NCBI GenBank assembly: GCA_963822965.1
Contig: CAWGJT010000009.1
Coordinates: 64,001 to 128,000 of the forward strand
Source of the DNA: an uncultured delta proteobacterium
GTDB lineage: Bacteria; Myxococcota_A; UBA9160; UBA4427
Direction of reading: 5' to 3'
DNA length: 64,000 bases
Part shown: one piece after another, positions 1 to 9,015 of the stretch
Layout: the number at the start of each line of letters is the position of its first letter
Position numbering within the stretch: the stretch's first letter is position 1
Translations under genes and position numbers: made by a program
The notes under the pieces: model-generated
What the model was told of the DNA's origin: nothing
Seen by the model: the letters and a program-made list of their open reading frames with translations, nothing else
Database searches by the model: none

Positions 1-373
1 GACGATTCCGCGCCTGCTCGCGAGCGGACGGCCCTGGGTGCACGCGGGGGACGCGAGCCACCGCTACCTGGTGTTCGCGCCCCGCTACGACCTCTTCCAG
101 CTCGGCCCGAAGCTGCTCGAAGCCGCGCGCGCGCTGCCCGCCGAAGCCGTGGAGATCCGCGCCCACCGCGATCGCCAGGGCGAGGTCGCATTCTACAGCG
201 TACGATTCCTGGCGCCGCACCAGCTCGTCTACTCGGGCGCTTCCAGATCCGGTTCCGATAGACCTCCCGAGCGCGGCGCGCGACGAGCGAGGCCAGGCAG
301 GCGGCAGCGAGCGCAGGCCTCGCGTCGAAGACACGAGGAAGTGAAGGAAGGCGAAGGAGAGGTGGCCCCATGA
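1..373 (+). CDS. 3' part of a hypothetical protein truncated by the window edge
   Basis: Frame is open from position 2 (TIPRLLASGRPWVHAGD...AFYSVRF). Its TGA overlaps the next ATG (ATGA, 370-373). The tail may be frameshifted. Confidence 0.45.
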   Translation, partial: TIPRLLASGRPWVHAGDASHRYLVFAPRYDLFQLGPKLLEAARALPAEAVEIRAHRDRQGEVAFYSVRFLAPHQLVYSGASRSGSDRPPERGARRARPGRRQRAQASRRRHEEVKEGEGEVAP

Positions 374-1109
374 ACGAGCGCGTCCTGCCGGTCCCGACCG
401 CGGACGGCGCGATGGAGACCTTCATCGTCCAGCCCGACGCGCCGGGACCGCATCCGGTCGTCGTCCTCTACATGGACGCTCCGGGCATCCGCGAGGAGCT
501 CTACGACTTCACGCGGCGGATCGCCGGCGAGGGCTATTTCGCGGCGCTCCCGATCTCTACTACCGCCGCGGTCGCATCCGGCTCGACCTGTCGAGCACGG
601 ACGACGACCTGCGCAAGGAGATGTTCGGCCACATGCGCAGCCTCTCGAACGCCGGGGTGGCGGCCGACACGCGCGCGCTCCTCGAGGCGCTCGCGCGCGA
701 GCCGGCCGCCGGCCAGGGGGCCCAAGGGATGCATCGGCTACTGCATGAGCGGTCAGTTCATCATGACCGTCGCCGGCACCTTCCCCGAGCACTTCTCGCG
801 CCTCGGTCTCGTGCTACGGGGTCGGCATCGTGACCGACGCCCCGGACAGCCCGCATCGCCTGGCGGACCGGGTGCAGGGCGAGGTCTTCTTCGCCTTCGC
901 CGAGCAGGACGAGTACGTCGCGGACTCCGCGATCACGACCCTGCGCGAGAGCCTGGAGAAGGCGGGCGTCGACCACGTGTCCTGATCTATCCCGGCACGC
1001 AGCACGGCTTCTGCTTCCCGCAGCGCCGGGCGTCTACGTCGAGGATGCCGCCGAGGACGTGTGGCGCCGCACCTTCGCGATGTTCGAGCGGCAGCTCCGC
1101 CCGGGCTGA
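370..1109 (+). CDS. Dienelactone hydrolase family protein (several apparent indels)
   Basis: Stitched frames give PVVVLYMDAPGIREEL, the nucleophile motif GCIGYCMSG, FAEQDEY and YPGTQHGF. Ends ...FERQLRPG with TGA at 1107-1109. Confidence 0.85.
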
Positions 1110-3390
1110 GGAGGCTGCTCGAAGCAGCACGCCGTCTGGACGATCCGCCTCGGGGCTGGCGACCCTCACGACCGCTCCCTGCTGCACGGCCTCCTCGGAC
1201 ACGGCCACCCCGGCGCTCTTCCGCCGACCATGACCCGGTAGGGACCGAAGGCGCCCACGCGCAGCGCGTCGGGCGCGGGCCGCGTCGGGTACGGGACCCG
1301 CAGGCGCGCGATGCCTTCCCCGTCGGCGACGGCGCGCGTCTCGAAGCGGAGACCGGCGTCCGAGGGGCGTTCCCGAGGCGCACGCTCGCGAGCACCTCCG
1401 CACCCGGCTCGGCCGGCACCTCGAGCACCGCGCCCTCCACCACCTCGAAGAGCTTGTAGGGCACGGTCGCGGAGCCCGTCACCCGCGGACCCTGCAGCTG
1501 GAAGCCCTGGGAGAAGTGCACGCCGCCCTCCGGCCCCTCGGTGACCAGGCGGAAGTGCCGGCTGGCCGGCCAGGGACCGGCGGCCAGGCCGTCCGCGTAG
1601 TGCAGCCAGCCTTCCAGGGTGGCGGGATCGGCGCTCGAGAACGTGAGGACGTAACGCGCCGACAGGCGTCGGGCCAGGGAGACGCCCTCGTCCTCGGAGG
1701 CGGCTCCGAGCAGGGCGAAGGCGCGGTTCCAGTTCTCGACGCCGATGAACGCCCAGAAGGGATCCGCGGGGGTCGGGCGATGCGCGACGTTCTGGATGGC
1801 GTGGCCGAGGTTCGGGTGCGAGACGACGCCGTACTCGGGCTGCTGGTGCACGTCGAAGTAGCCCGACGTCTCGGGCGTGGCCCGACGCACCTGCTCGAGG
1901 AAGCGCGTGAGCGTACCGCCGAGGGTCGCGAGGGCGCGATCGCCGCCGACGTACTCGCCCCGCCAGGCACGCAGCGCCCCGTCGGCGCGCGGCAGCAGCT
2001 GTCCCACGATGGGCGGCGAGAGCAACCCGAGCGCGAGGGACCCCGCGATGAGCGCCCCCCAGACGCGCCGTCCGCCGAAGGCCTCCGCGGCCCGGCGTCC
2101 CACGGTGGCGAGCACGATGGCGAAGCCCACCGCCGCGGCCGGCCCGAGATCGTTGCCGTAGCGTCGCTGGACCAGGGCCAGGGCGCCGAACCACGCGCAC
2201 CAGCCCGCCACCACCCAGCCCATCGCGCGGCGCTCGTGCCGGGTGGCCCACGCCACCGCGAAGGGCAGGATGGGGATCGCGTAGCCGAAGAGGCCCCACA
2301 CCTCCCACACGGGCCGACCGGTGGCCCGGCCGAAGATCGCGAAGAGCGGAAGCTGCTCTCCCGTCCGCTGGCCCACACCGTCGCTCATGGTGAGGAACCG
2401 GAGTCCCGGCTCGAGCCCGTGTCTCGGTCCGGGGAGGGCGAGCAACATCGCGACGACGAGCAACGCGAAGCCTCCCGTGCAGGCGAGGCGCAGCCCCGGC
2501 GAGTGTGCCCGCCCGCGGCCTTCGAGCCACCACATTCCGGCGGAGACGACCGCCGCCGCGAACACCGCAGCCACGTGCAGGCGCGAGAGCGCGATGGCCG
2601 ACCAGGCACCGCCCAGGGGCTCGGGAAACACCCACACGAGCGGCGTCACCACCGCGAACGTGACGGCGGTGGCCAGCGCCTGGGCGCCGTAGACCGCTCG
2701 ACGACCCGTGAAGGCAGCGCCCAGCCACAGGCTCGCGTGCACGAGCGCCAGATAGAGGAGGCTGCCGTGCCAGGTGAGCAGCATGGCGATCTGGCCCGCC
2801 GCGAGGCCCGCGACCCCTCCCGGGGTGGGCCGCTCCTCGTCGACGAGCCGCGCCACCACCAGGAGCAGCGCCGCACCGATCAGGGCCACCGCGCAGTGGT
2901 GATCCAGCTGACCCACGCGGCTGTAGGTGGTGCTCATCGGAAACAGCGCGATCAGGACCGCCGCGCCGAGCCCCACGAACGGGCCGCCCAGGCGGCGTCC
3001 CAGGGCGTGAACGGGCCAGACCACGAGCGCGCCGATCACCGGGGACGCCCAGGCCAGGAACACCTGGAACGCGTGCGGGTCGCGGGCGAAGAGGCGCCCC
3101 AGCGCCGCCAGCACGAAGTCGAAGAGCGGCGGCCAGGAGATCGCCGCGCCGCCCGGGTAGTTGATATACGGGTCGAAGAAGAGTACGTGGGGGAAGTTCG
3201 TCCAGGCGTAGAGCGCGCGGCGCACGTGGTACTGCGCGTCTCCCGGCGCGAACACCACCGTGTGTCCGTCGACGAAGACCCACTCGAAGCCCAGGGCGCG
3301 CACCCCGAGCGCCAGGAAGAACACGACGAGCAGCAGCCCGCCCACCAGGCGACGGCGGGAGGTCGAGACGGCTTCGGCTCCGGCGGACAT
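987..3390 (-). CDS. STT3/AglB-like oligosaccharyltransferase (GT66-like, GT-C fold); C-terminus frameshifted, end approximate
   Basis: N-terminal DAQYHVRR...NFPHVLFFDPYINYPGGAAISWPPLFD, GQLDHH, RTGEQLP (TIXE-like), many TM helices, and a C-terminal YGVVSHPNLGHAI...RPTPADPF segment aligning to the WWDYGH region. Confidence 0.85.
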
Positions 3391-3396
3391 CGGCTC

Positions 3397-4510
3397 TCAG
3401 GCGCGCTTCCGGGCGGCCGCGAGGACGCCGGCCACCCGTTCCTGCTGCTCGGGCTCGATGCCGGGGAAGATCGGCAGGGAGAGCAGCTCCTCCGCGGCGC
3501 GCTCGGCGACCGGGAAGTCGCCGGGCCGGTGACCCGACGCGCGGAACGCGCCCTGCAGGTGGATGGGAACCGGATAGTGGACACCCGCGTCGACGCCCGC
3601 CTCCCGCAGGGCGCGCAGCAGCCGGTCGCGCGCCGGCACCCGCACCGTGTAGAGGTGGTACACGTGCTCGTTGCCGGCGAGGGTGACGGGCAGGTGCAGG
3701 TCGGGAAGATCCGCCAGCAGCGCGTCGTAGCGCCGCGCCGCCGCGACCCGCAGCGCGTTCCAGGCCTCGAGCCGCCGAAGCTTCGCGCGCAGAACCACCG
3801 CCTGCAGCGGTGTCGAGGCGCGAGTTGAAGCCGAGCTCCGGATGGTGGTACTTCTCCTCGCTGCCGTACTGTCGCAGGCAACGGACGCGCGACGCGACGG
3901 CCGCGTCGTCGCTGGTGACGGCGCCCGCGTCTCCCCAGGCGCCGAGGTTCTTCGCCGGGTAGAAGCTCGTTGCCGCGGCCACGCCGAAGGATCCCGAGGG
4001 CCGGCCGTGACGCCGCGCACCCTGGGACTGGGCGGCGTCTTCGACGATCGCCACCGGCGACTCCCCCAGTCCTTCGAAGAGGCGCTCCATGGGCGCGATC
4101 TGGCCGAAGAGGTTCACGGGCAGGATGGCGCGGGTGGCCGGGCCCACCCGGCCGAGGGCCGCCGCGACGTCGAGCAGATGCGTCGTCGGCTCCGAGTCGA
4201 CGAACACCGGTTGCGCCCCGGCTCGCGACACGGCCAGCGCGGACGCGATGAAGGTGTTCGCGGGGACCACCACCTCGTCCCCGGGCCCGATGTCGAGGGC
4301 GCGCAGGGCGAGCTCGATCGCGTCGGTGCCGCTCCCGACGCCCACGCAGTGGCCGACGCCGCAGGCTCGCGCGAACTCCTCCTCGAAGGCCCCCACGTCG
4401 GGACCCAGGACGAAGGCGCCGCTCGAGGCCACGCGCTCGATCCCGGCCCGGACCTCGTCCGCGATCTCGCCGTACTGCCAGCCGAGGTCGACGAGCGGGA
4501 TGCGCTTCAT
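3397..4510 (-). CDS. DegT/DnrJ/EryC1/StrS PLP-dependent sugar aminotransferase (frameshifted)
   Basis: MKRIPLVDL, GSGTDA, IVEDAAQS, SFYPAKNLGAWGDAG (PLP Lys), GFNSRLD, HYPVPIHLQ, LSLPIFPG. Confidence 0.93.
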
Positions 4511-5535
4511 GCCGCGCCGATTCGCACTTCCCGTCCACCCTGGCGCAGCGAGCGGTTGAGGGCGTCGAGGGTGCGGACCACCGCGAGACCCTCGCGGCCG
4601 TCGGTGAGCGGGGTCTGGCCGCTCGCGATGCAGTCGAGGAAGTGGTCGCATTCGTTGCGCAGGGGCTGGCTCGCGGGCACCCGCGGCACGCTGATGTCGC
4701 CGTCGCGCACCACCATGCGGAACGTCGCGAAGGAATCGATGAACGCGGGTTGGCTCCGCTCGTCGGAGACCTGCTTGTCGTAGATCCGGAGCGGCTCGGT
4801 GAGGCTCAGGTCGTCGAAGGTGAGCATGCGCTTCTCCCCCACGACGGTGATGTCGCGCGTCTTGCGGGGATGCAGCCAGGACGCGTGCAGGTGGACGAGC
4901 ACGTCGTTCGGGTAGCGCAGGGTGGCGAACACGGCGTCCTCGACGCCGCGGTTGATCCAGTCGCGCCCCATGGCGGAGACGCTCGTCGGCAGCGAATCCA
5001 GCCAGTAGCTCGCGAGGGCGATGTCGTGGGACGCGAGGTCCCACGCGGCGTTCACGTCCACGCGGATGGGTCCGAGGTTGGTGCGCGTCATCGACGCGTA
5101 GTAGATGCGTCCGAGATCTCCGTCCACCAGGTATCGCTTCGCCTGCTGGGAGGCCGCGTTGTAGACGAAAATGTGGCCCACCATCAGCACGCGGCCGGCG
5201 GCGTCGGCCGTCTCGCACAGGACCTCGGCGTCGCGGACGGTGCCCGCCATCGGCTTCTCGACGAGCACGTGCTTGCCCGCCTCGAGGGCGGCCTTCGCCA
5301 GCGGGAAGTGGGTACTCGTGGGCGTCGCCACCACCACCGCGTCCACCCGCGGATCGTGGATCGCGGGCTCGGGATCGTGACCGACCTGCACGTCCGGGAA
5401 GCGCAGCCGAACCGCCTCGCAACGGTCGGCGGCGCGATCGACCACCCACACCACCTCGCTGCGGCGCCGGTCGTGGAAGTTGGCGATCAGGTTCGGGCCC
5501 CAATGTCCCGCACCGATGACAGCGACACGGACCAT
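4507..5535 (-). CDS. Gfo/Idh/MocA family NAD(P)-dependent oxidoreductase
   Basis: VAVIGAGHWG Rossmann motif, HVLVEKP, WDLASHD. Its stop overlaps the aminotransferase ATG. Confidence 0.92.
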   Translation of the reverse strand: MVRVAVIGAGHWGPNLIANFHDRRRSEVVWVVDRAADRCEAVRLRFPDVQVGHDPEPAIHDPRVDAVVVATPTSTHFPLAKAALEAGKHVLVEKPMAGTVRDAEVLCETADAAGRVLMVGHIFVYNAASQQAKRYLVDGDLGRIYYASMTRTNLGPIRVDVNAAWDLASHDIALASYWLDSLPTSVSAMGRDWINRGVEDAVFATLRYPNDVLVHLHASWLHPRKTRDITVVGEKRMLTFDDLSLTEPLRIYDKQVSDERSQPAFIDSFATFRMVVRDGDISVPRVPASQPLRNECDHFLDCIASGQTPLTDGREGLAVVRTLDALNRSLRQGGREVRIGAA

Positions 5536-5643
5536 CGGATCCCGACCCCTCCTCGCGCCGCCGGTTCGCTTCGCCGCTCGATGCGTGGACCGGCCGGGCG
5601 CCTGCGGACGGACTCGCGCGTGGAACCACTCGACCGGCCGGAT

Positions 5644-6366
5644 TCACTTCTTGAGGCGGAGCCCCACCAGCAGCAATGGCTTCAGGATCGACCACCAGCC
5701 GAGGAAGGGCTTCATCTTGGTCTGCCCGAGGCGCTTCGGAGGGTAAACCTTCGAAACCGGGGCTTCCAGCGTGCGATAGCCGAGCTGGATGGCCCGGATG
5801 TAGAGGTACGGCTCGAGCTCGTACTCGTCCAGCCAGGGCTGCGCGAGGTCGAGCCGCGGGTCCTCGAGGACGCGCCGGTGGACGGCCCGGAAGCCGTTCG
5901 TCGATTCGGTCACCCGGCGCCCGGTCACCAGGGAGAAGAGCAGGGGATGGACGCGCGTCGCCACCCGGCGATAGAGGGGCATCGCGCCGAAGTCCGCTCC
6001 CGGCTCCAGGAACCGCGAGCCCTGGACGAAGTCGGCCCGGCCCTCCGCGATGGGATCCAGGAGGCGCGGAATCTCCTCGGGCGCGTCCTTGTTGTTCCCG
6101 GCCATGACCACGGCGACGTCGAAGCCGCCGCGCAGGGCCTCCGCATAGCCGGCCCGCAGGGCGGCGCCGACACCCGCCACCCGACCCATGGAGATCACCC
6201 GCGCGCCGCCCCGACGCGCCACCTCGGCCGAGCGGTCCGTCGAGCCGTCGTCCACCACGAGCAGCTCGTCGACGACGTCCCGGGGCGTACGCCGAACGAC
6301 CTCGCCGATCTTCTGCTCCTCGTCGAGAACGGGCGCGATCGCCATCACCGAGAGTCCGCGGTACAC
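5644..6366 (-). CDS. GT2 glycosyltransferase, polyprenol-phosphate glycosyltransferase (DPM1/ArnC/GtrB)-like
   Basis: PVLDEE, VVDDGSTD, DFVQGSRF, TESTNGFRA. The usual DxD-like motif reads MAGNNKD. Confidence 0.88.
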   Translation of the reverse strand: MYRGLSVMAIAPVLDEEQKIGEVVRRTPRDVVDELLVVDDGSTDRSAEVARRGGARVISMGRVAGVGAALRAGYAEALRGGFDVAVVMAGNNKDAPEEIPRLLDPIAEGRADFVQGSRFLEPGADFGAMPLYRRVATRVHPLLFSLVTGRRVTESTNGFRAVHRRVLEDPRLDLAQPWLDEYELEPYLYIRAIQLGYRTLEAPVSKVYPPKRLGQTKMKPFLGWWSILKPLLLVGLRLKK

Positions 6367-6374
6367 GGGTCTCC

Positions 6375-7811
6375 TCAGTCGGCCGGGGGCAGGTAGCCCA
6401 GGGCGCGCAGGCGCTCGACGTCGAGCTCGTCGAGGGCCGGCGCGGGCACGACACGCTCTTCGTGGGCGAGATAGCGGGTCACCTCCGGCGGCAGGGGAAG
6501 TCCCGGGTGCTTGCGGAGCTCGCCCCGGAAGGGCTCCGACCCCACCCGATCGAAGCGTTGCCAGTCGAGGCGCTGCTCGCGCAGCGCTCGCTCCGGATCC
6601 TCCGGCGGGAACGCGTTCGGGTCCGGGCGGATCACCTTGACGGTGAAGAAGCCGCGTGCGTCGTAGGCGCCGAGCTCGTGGCCGATGTCGCTCACGACCG
6701 TGCGATCGGGAAGCGGCGCCTCGCCCCGCAGCGCCGGCACGAGGGAGATTCCGCTCTCGCGGGGCAGCGGCGCGAGGCCCGCCAGCTCCAGCACGGTGGG
6801 TGCGAGATCCACGTGGCTCACCACACCCGACACGCGCCGCGGCGCCAGGCCGGGTGCCGCGATCACCAGGGGGACGTGCGCCTGCTCGGGCGTCGTCGCG
6901 TGACCGTGCTGGAAGAAGAAGCCGTCCTCGTCGAGGCTCTCACCGTGATCCGCCGTGAAGACGACGACGAGCCCGCGGCCGTCCGCCGTCCGCCGCGCTT
7001 CGTCGAACAGCGCGCCGAGCCAGTGGTCGGCAAAGGCGATCTCGCCGGCATAGAGCCCCGCGTAGCGGGCAGCCCGACGCACCCCGTCGAGCGCCTGGTA
7101 GGCCGGCAGCCCCCCGCGGCCGCGGTTGGTCCGCATCACCGGGAGCTCGATTCCGGTGCGCATGGGCACCTCCGGAACCAGATCCGCCCAGGGCTCGGGC
7201 GGCGTGTATGGACCGTGGGGATCCTGCAGGTGCACCCAGAGGAAGAAGGGCGCCTCGCCGCGACGCGCGAGCCAGGCGTTGGCCCGGGAGACGGTCTGAC
7301 GGGCGACCCGCTCGAAGTAGAGACCCCGGTTCGCCTCGGCCACGGGAAGCTCGTCGTCGTAGACGTCGAAGCCCGCGTCGAGCCCGCTGCGCGCCTTCAG
7401 GACCACGTTGCTGACGAACGCCGCAGTGTCGTAGCCGGCCTCGCGGAAGGCCTGGGCCAGGGTGGGGGCGCCTTCGAGCCGGGTCGCTCCGTTCCAGGCG
7501 CCCACCGAGTGCTCGCGGACGTAGCGGGAGGTCATGATCGACGCATGAGACGGGACGGTGGCCGTCGACGCGGCGATGGCGCTCTCGAAGAGCACGCCGC
7601 GCGCCGCCAGCGCGTCGACGTGCGGTGTGGTCTCGGGGCCGAAGCCGTAGCTGTGCACGTAGTCCGCGCGCAGGGTGTCGACGGTGACGAGCAGGACGTC
7701 CGGCCGCGGCGCGTCGGGAGCGCCTCCGCAGGCGAGCCAGACGAGCGCCGGGAGCACGACCCGGAGGCCGGCACGGACCTTCGGCACGGGACGACGGGGG
7801 AGACGAGGCAT
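6375..7811 (-). CDS. Sulfatase/alkaline-phosphatase superfamily protein, possible lipoprotein
   Basis: LVWLAC signal/lipobox-like, VLLVTVDTLRAD, TVPSHASIMTS, HLQDPHGPY, FTADHGE, HVPLVI, DLAPTVL, ERLRALGY. Confidence 0.85.
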   Translation of the reverse strand: MPRLPRRPVPKVRAGLRVVLPALVWLACGGAPDAPRPDVLLVTVDTLRADYVHSYGFGPETTPHVDALAARGVLFESAIAASTATVPSHASIMTSRYVREHSVGAWNGATRLEGAPTLAQAFREAGYDTAAFVSNVVLKARSGLDAGFDVYDDELPVAEANRGLYFERVARQTVSRANAWLARRGEAPFFLWVHLQDPHGPYTPPEPWADLVPEVPMRTGIELPVMRTNRGRGGLPAYQALDGVRRAARYAGLYAGEIAFADHWLGALFDEARRTADGRGLVVVFTADHGESLDEDGFFFQHGHATTPEQAHVPLVIAAPGLAPRRVSGVVSHVDLAPTVLELAGLAPLPRESGISLVPALRGEAPLPDRTVVSDIGHELGAYDARGFFTVKVIRPDPNAFPPEDPERALREQRLDWQRFDRVGSEPFRGELRKHPGLPLPPEVTRYLAHEERVVPAPALDELDVERLRALGYLPPAD

Positions 7812-8049
7812 CGAACGCGGCAGCATACCGCGTCCCGCACGCGGCCCGCGCGCAGCGCCCGCCGGCGTCTCTCGCGCGCCCTGGGGCGTTCGGCGATACT
7901 GGACCCGTGACCGAAACCGCGGAAGCTGCCCGCACGTGCGCGCTCTGCACCCACGACGAGGCGGACGACGGTTCCTGGCCGAGGCGCGAGGTGCTCGTGG
8001 TCGGCGAGAAGCGCGGGACGCGCGCACCCGCTGCGGGCTCGGGACGCCG

Positions 8050-9015
8050 ATGAGCACGCCGCGCGTCTCGGTCGCCATGGCGACCTGCGAAGGCTCCCGC
8101 TTCGTCGAGACCCAGCTCGAGAGCATCGCCGGACAGACGCGACCCCCGGACGAGCTCGTCGTGTGCGACGACGCCTCCCAGGACGACACCTTCGCACGTC
8201 TGGAATCCTTCGCGGCGGCCACGGACCTGGAGACGCGCGTCCTCCGGAATCCGGTGCGCCTCGGCATCACCGCGAACTTCGAGCGCGTCGTCTCCGCCTG
8301 CACCGGCGACGTCATCTTCCTGGCCGACCAGGACGACGTCTGGCTTCCCGAGAAGATCGCCACCCTGACGGACGTGCTCGTCCGACGCCCGGAGCTGGGA
8401 GCCGTATTCAGCGACGGCGAGGTGGTGGATGCGGAGCTCTCGCCCCAGGGCTACACGCTGTGGGAATCCCTGGGCTTCGACGAACGCGAGCGCGAGCAGG
8501 TGCGCCGGGGCGACGCGGTGGGTGTGTTCCTGCGGCACGTCGTCGCCGCCGGAACGACCCTGGCGTTCCGGGCGGGCTTCCGCGAGCGCGCCCTGCCCTT
8601 CCCGCCCCTCCGAAGCTGTCACGACGCGTTCATCGCCTTCGTCGTGGCCGCCCTCGCGCCCATCGAGATCGTGGAGACCCCCCTCATCCGATACCGGGTG
8701 CACGACCGCAACCAGATCGGGATCCGACGACTCGGCCTGCGGGAGCAGCTCGCGAAGGCCCGGGAGCAGCTCGCCAGCGACGCCTTCGGCTATGCGGTCG
8801 AGTTCTTCGAAGCGGCCCGGGCGCGGCTGACGCACGCTCCCCCCGACGTCCTGCACCGCATCGACGAGAAGATCCTGCACGCCCGCCGGCGCCAGGCCAT
8901 GTCCCCGCACTGGCTCGCGCGGCTCCGGGACATCCACGAGGAGGCGCGTTCGGGCCGCTACCGGCGCTACTCGTACGGCTGGAAGAGCATCGCCCAGGAC
9001 CTCTGGCTCCGGTGA
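8050..9015 (+). CDS. GT2 glycosyltransferase (rhamnosyltransferase-like)
   Basis: SVAMATCEG, VCDDASQD, FLADQDDVW, HD, YRVHDRNQIG. Confidence 0.9.
   Translation: MSTPRVSVAMATCEGSRFVETQLESIAGQTRPPDELVVCDDASQDDTFARLESFAAATDLETRVLRNPVRLGITANFERVVSACTGDVIFLADQDDVWLPEKIATLTDVLVRRPELGAVFSDGEVVDAELSPQGYTLWESLGFDEREREQVRRGDAVGVFLRHVVAAGTTLAFRAGFRERALPFPPLRSCHDAFIAFVVAALAPIEIVETPLIRYRVHDRNQIGIRRLGLREQLAKAREQLASDAFGYAVEFFEAARARLTHAPPDVLHRIDEKILHARRRQAMSPHWLARLRDIHEEARSGRYRRYSYGWKSIAQDLWLR

Noticed and set aside
1166..6454. 1762-aa ORF and other very long Arg/Pro/Gly-rich ORFs in the track (e.g. 14906-18127, 47146-49878, 60741-62900)
   Set aside because: Shadow frames typical of high-GC DNA. They contain only fragments of real, frameshifted genes or lie antisense to well-supported genes.
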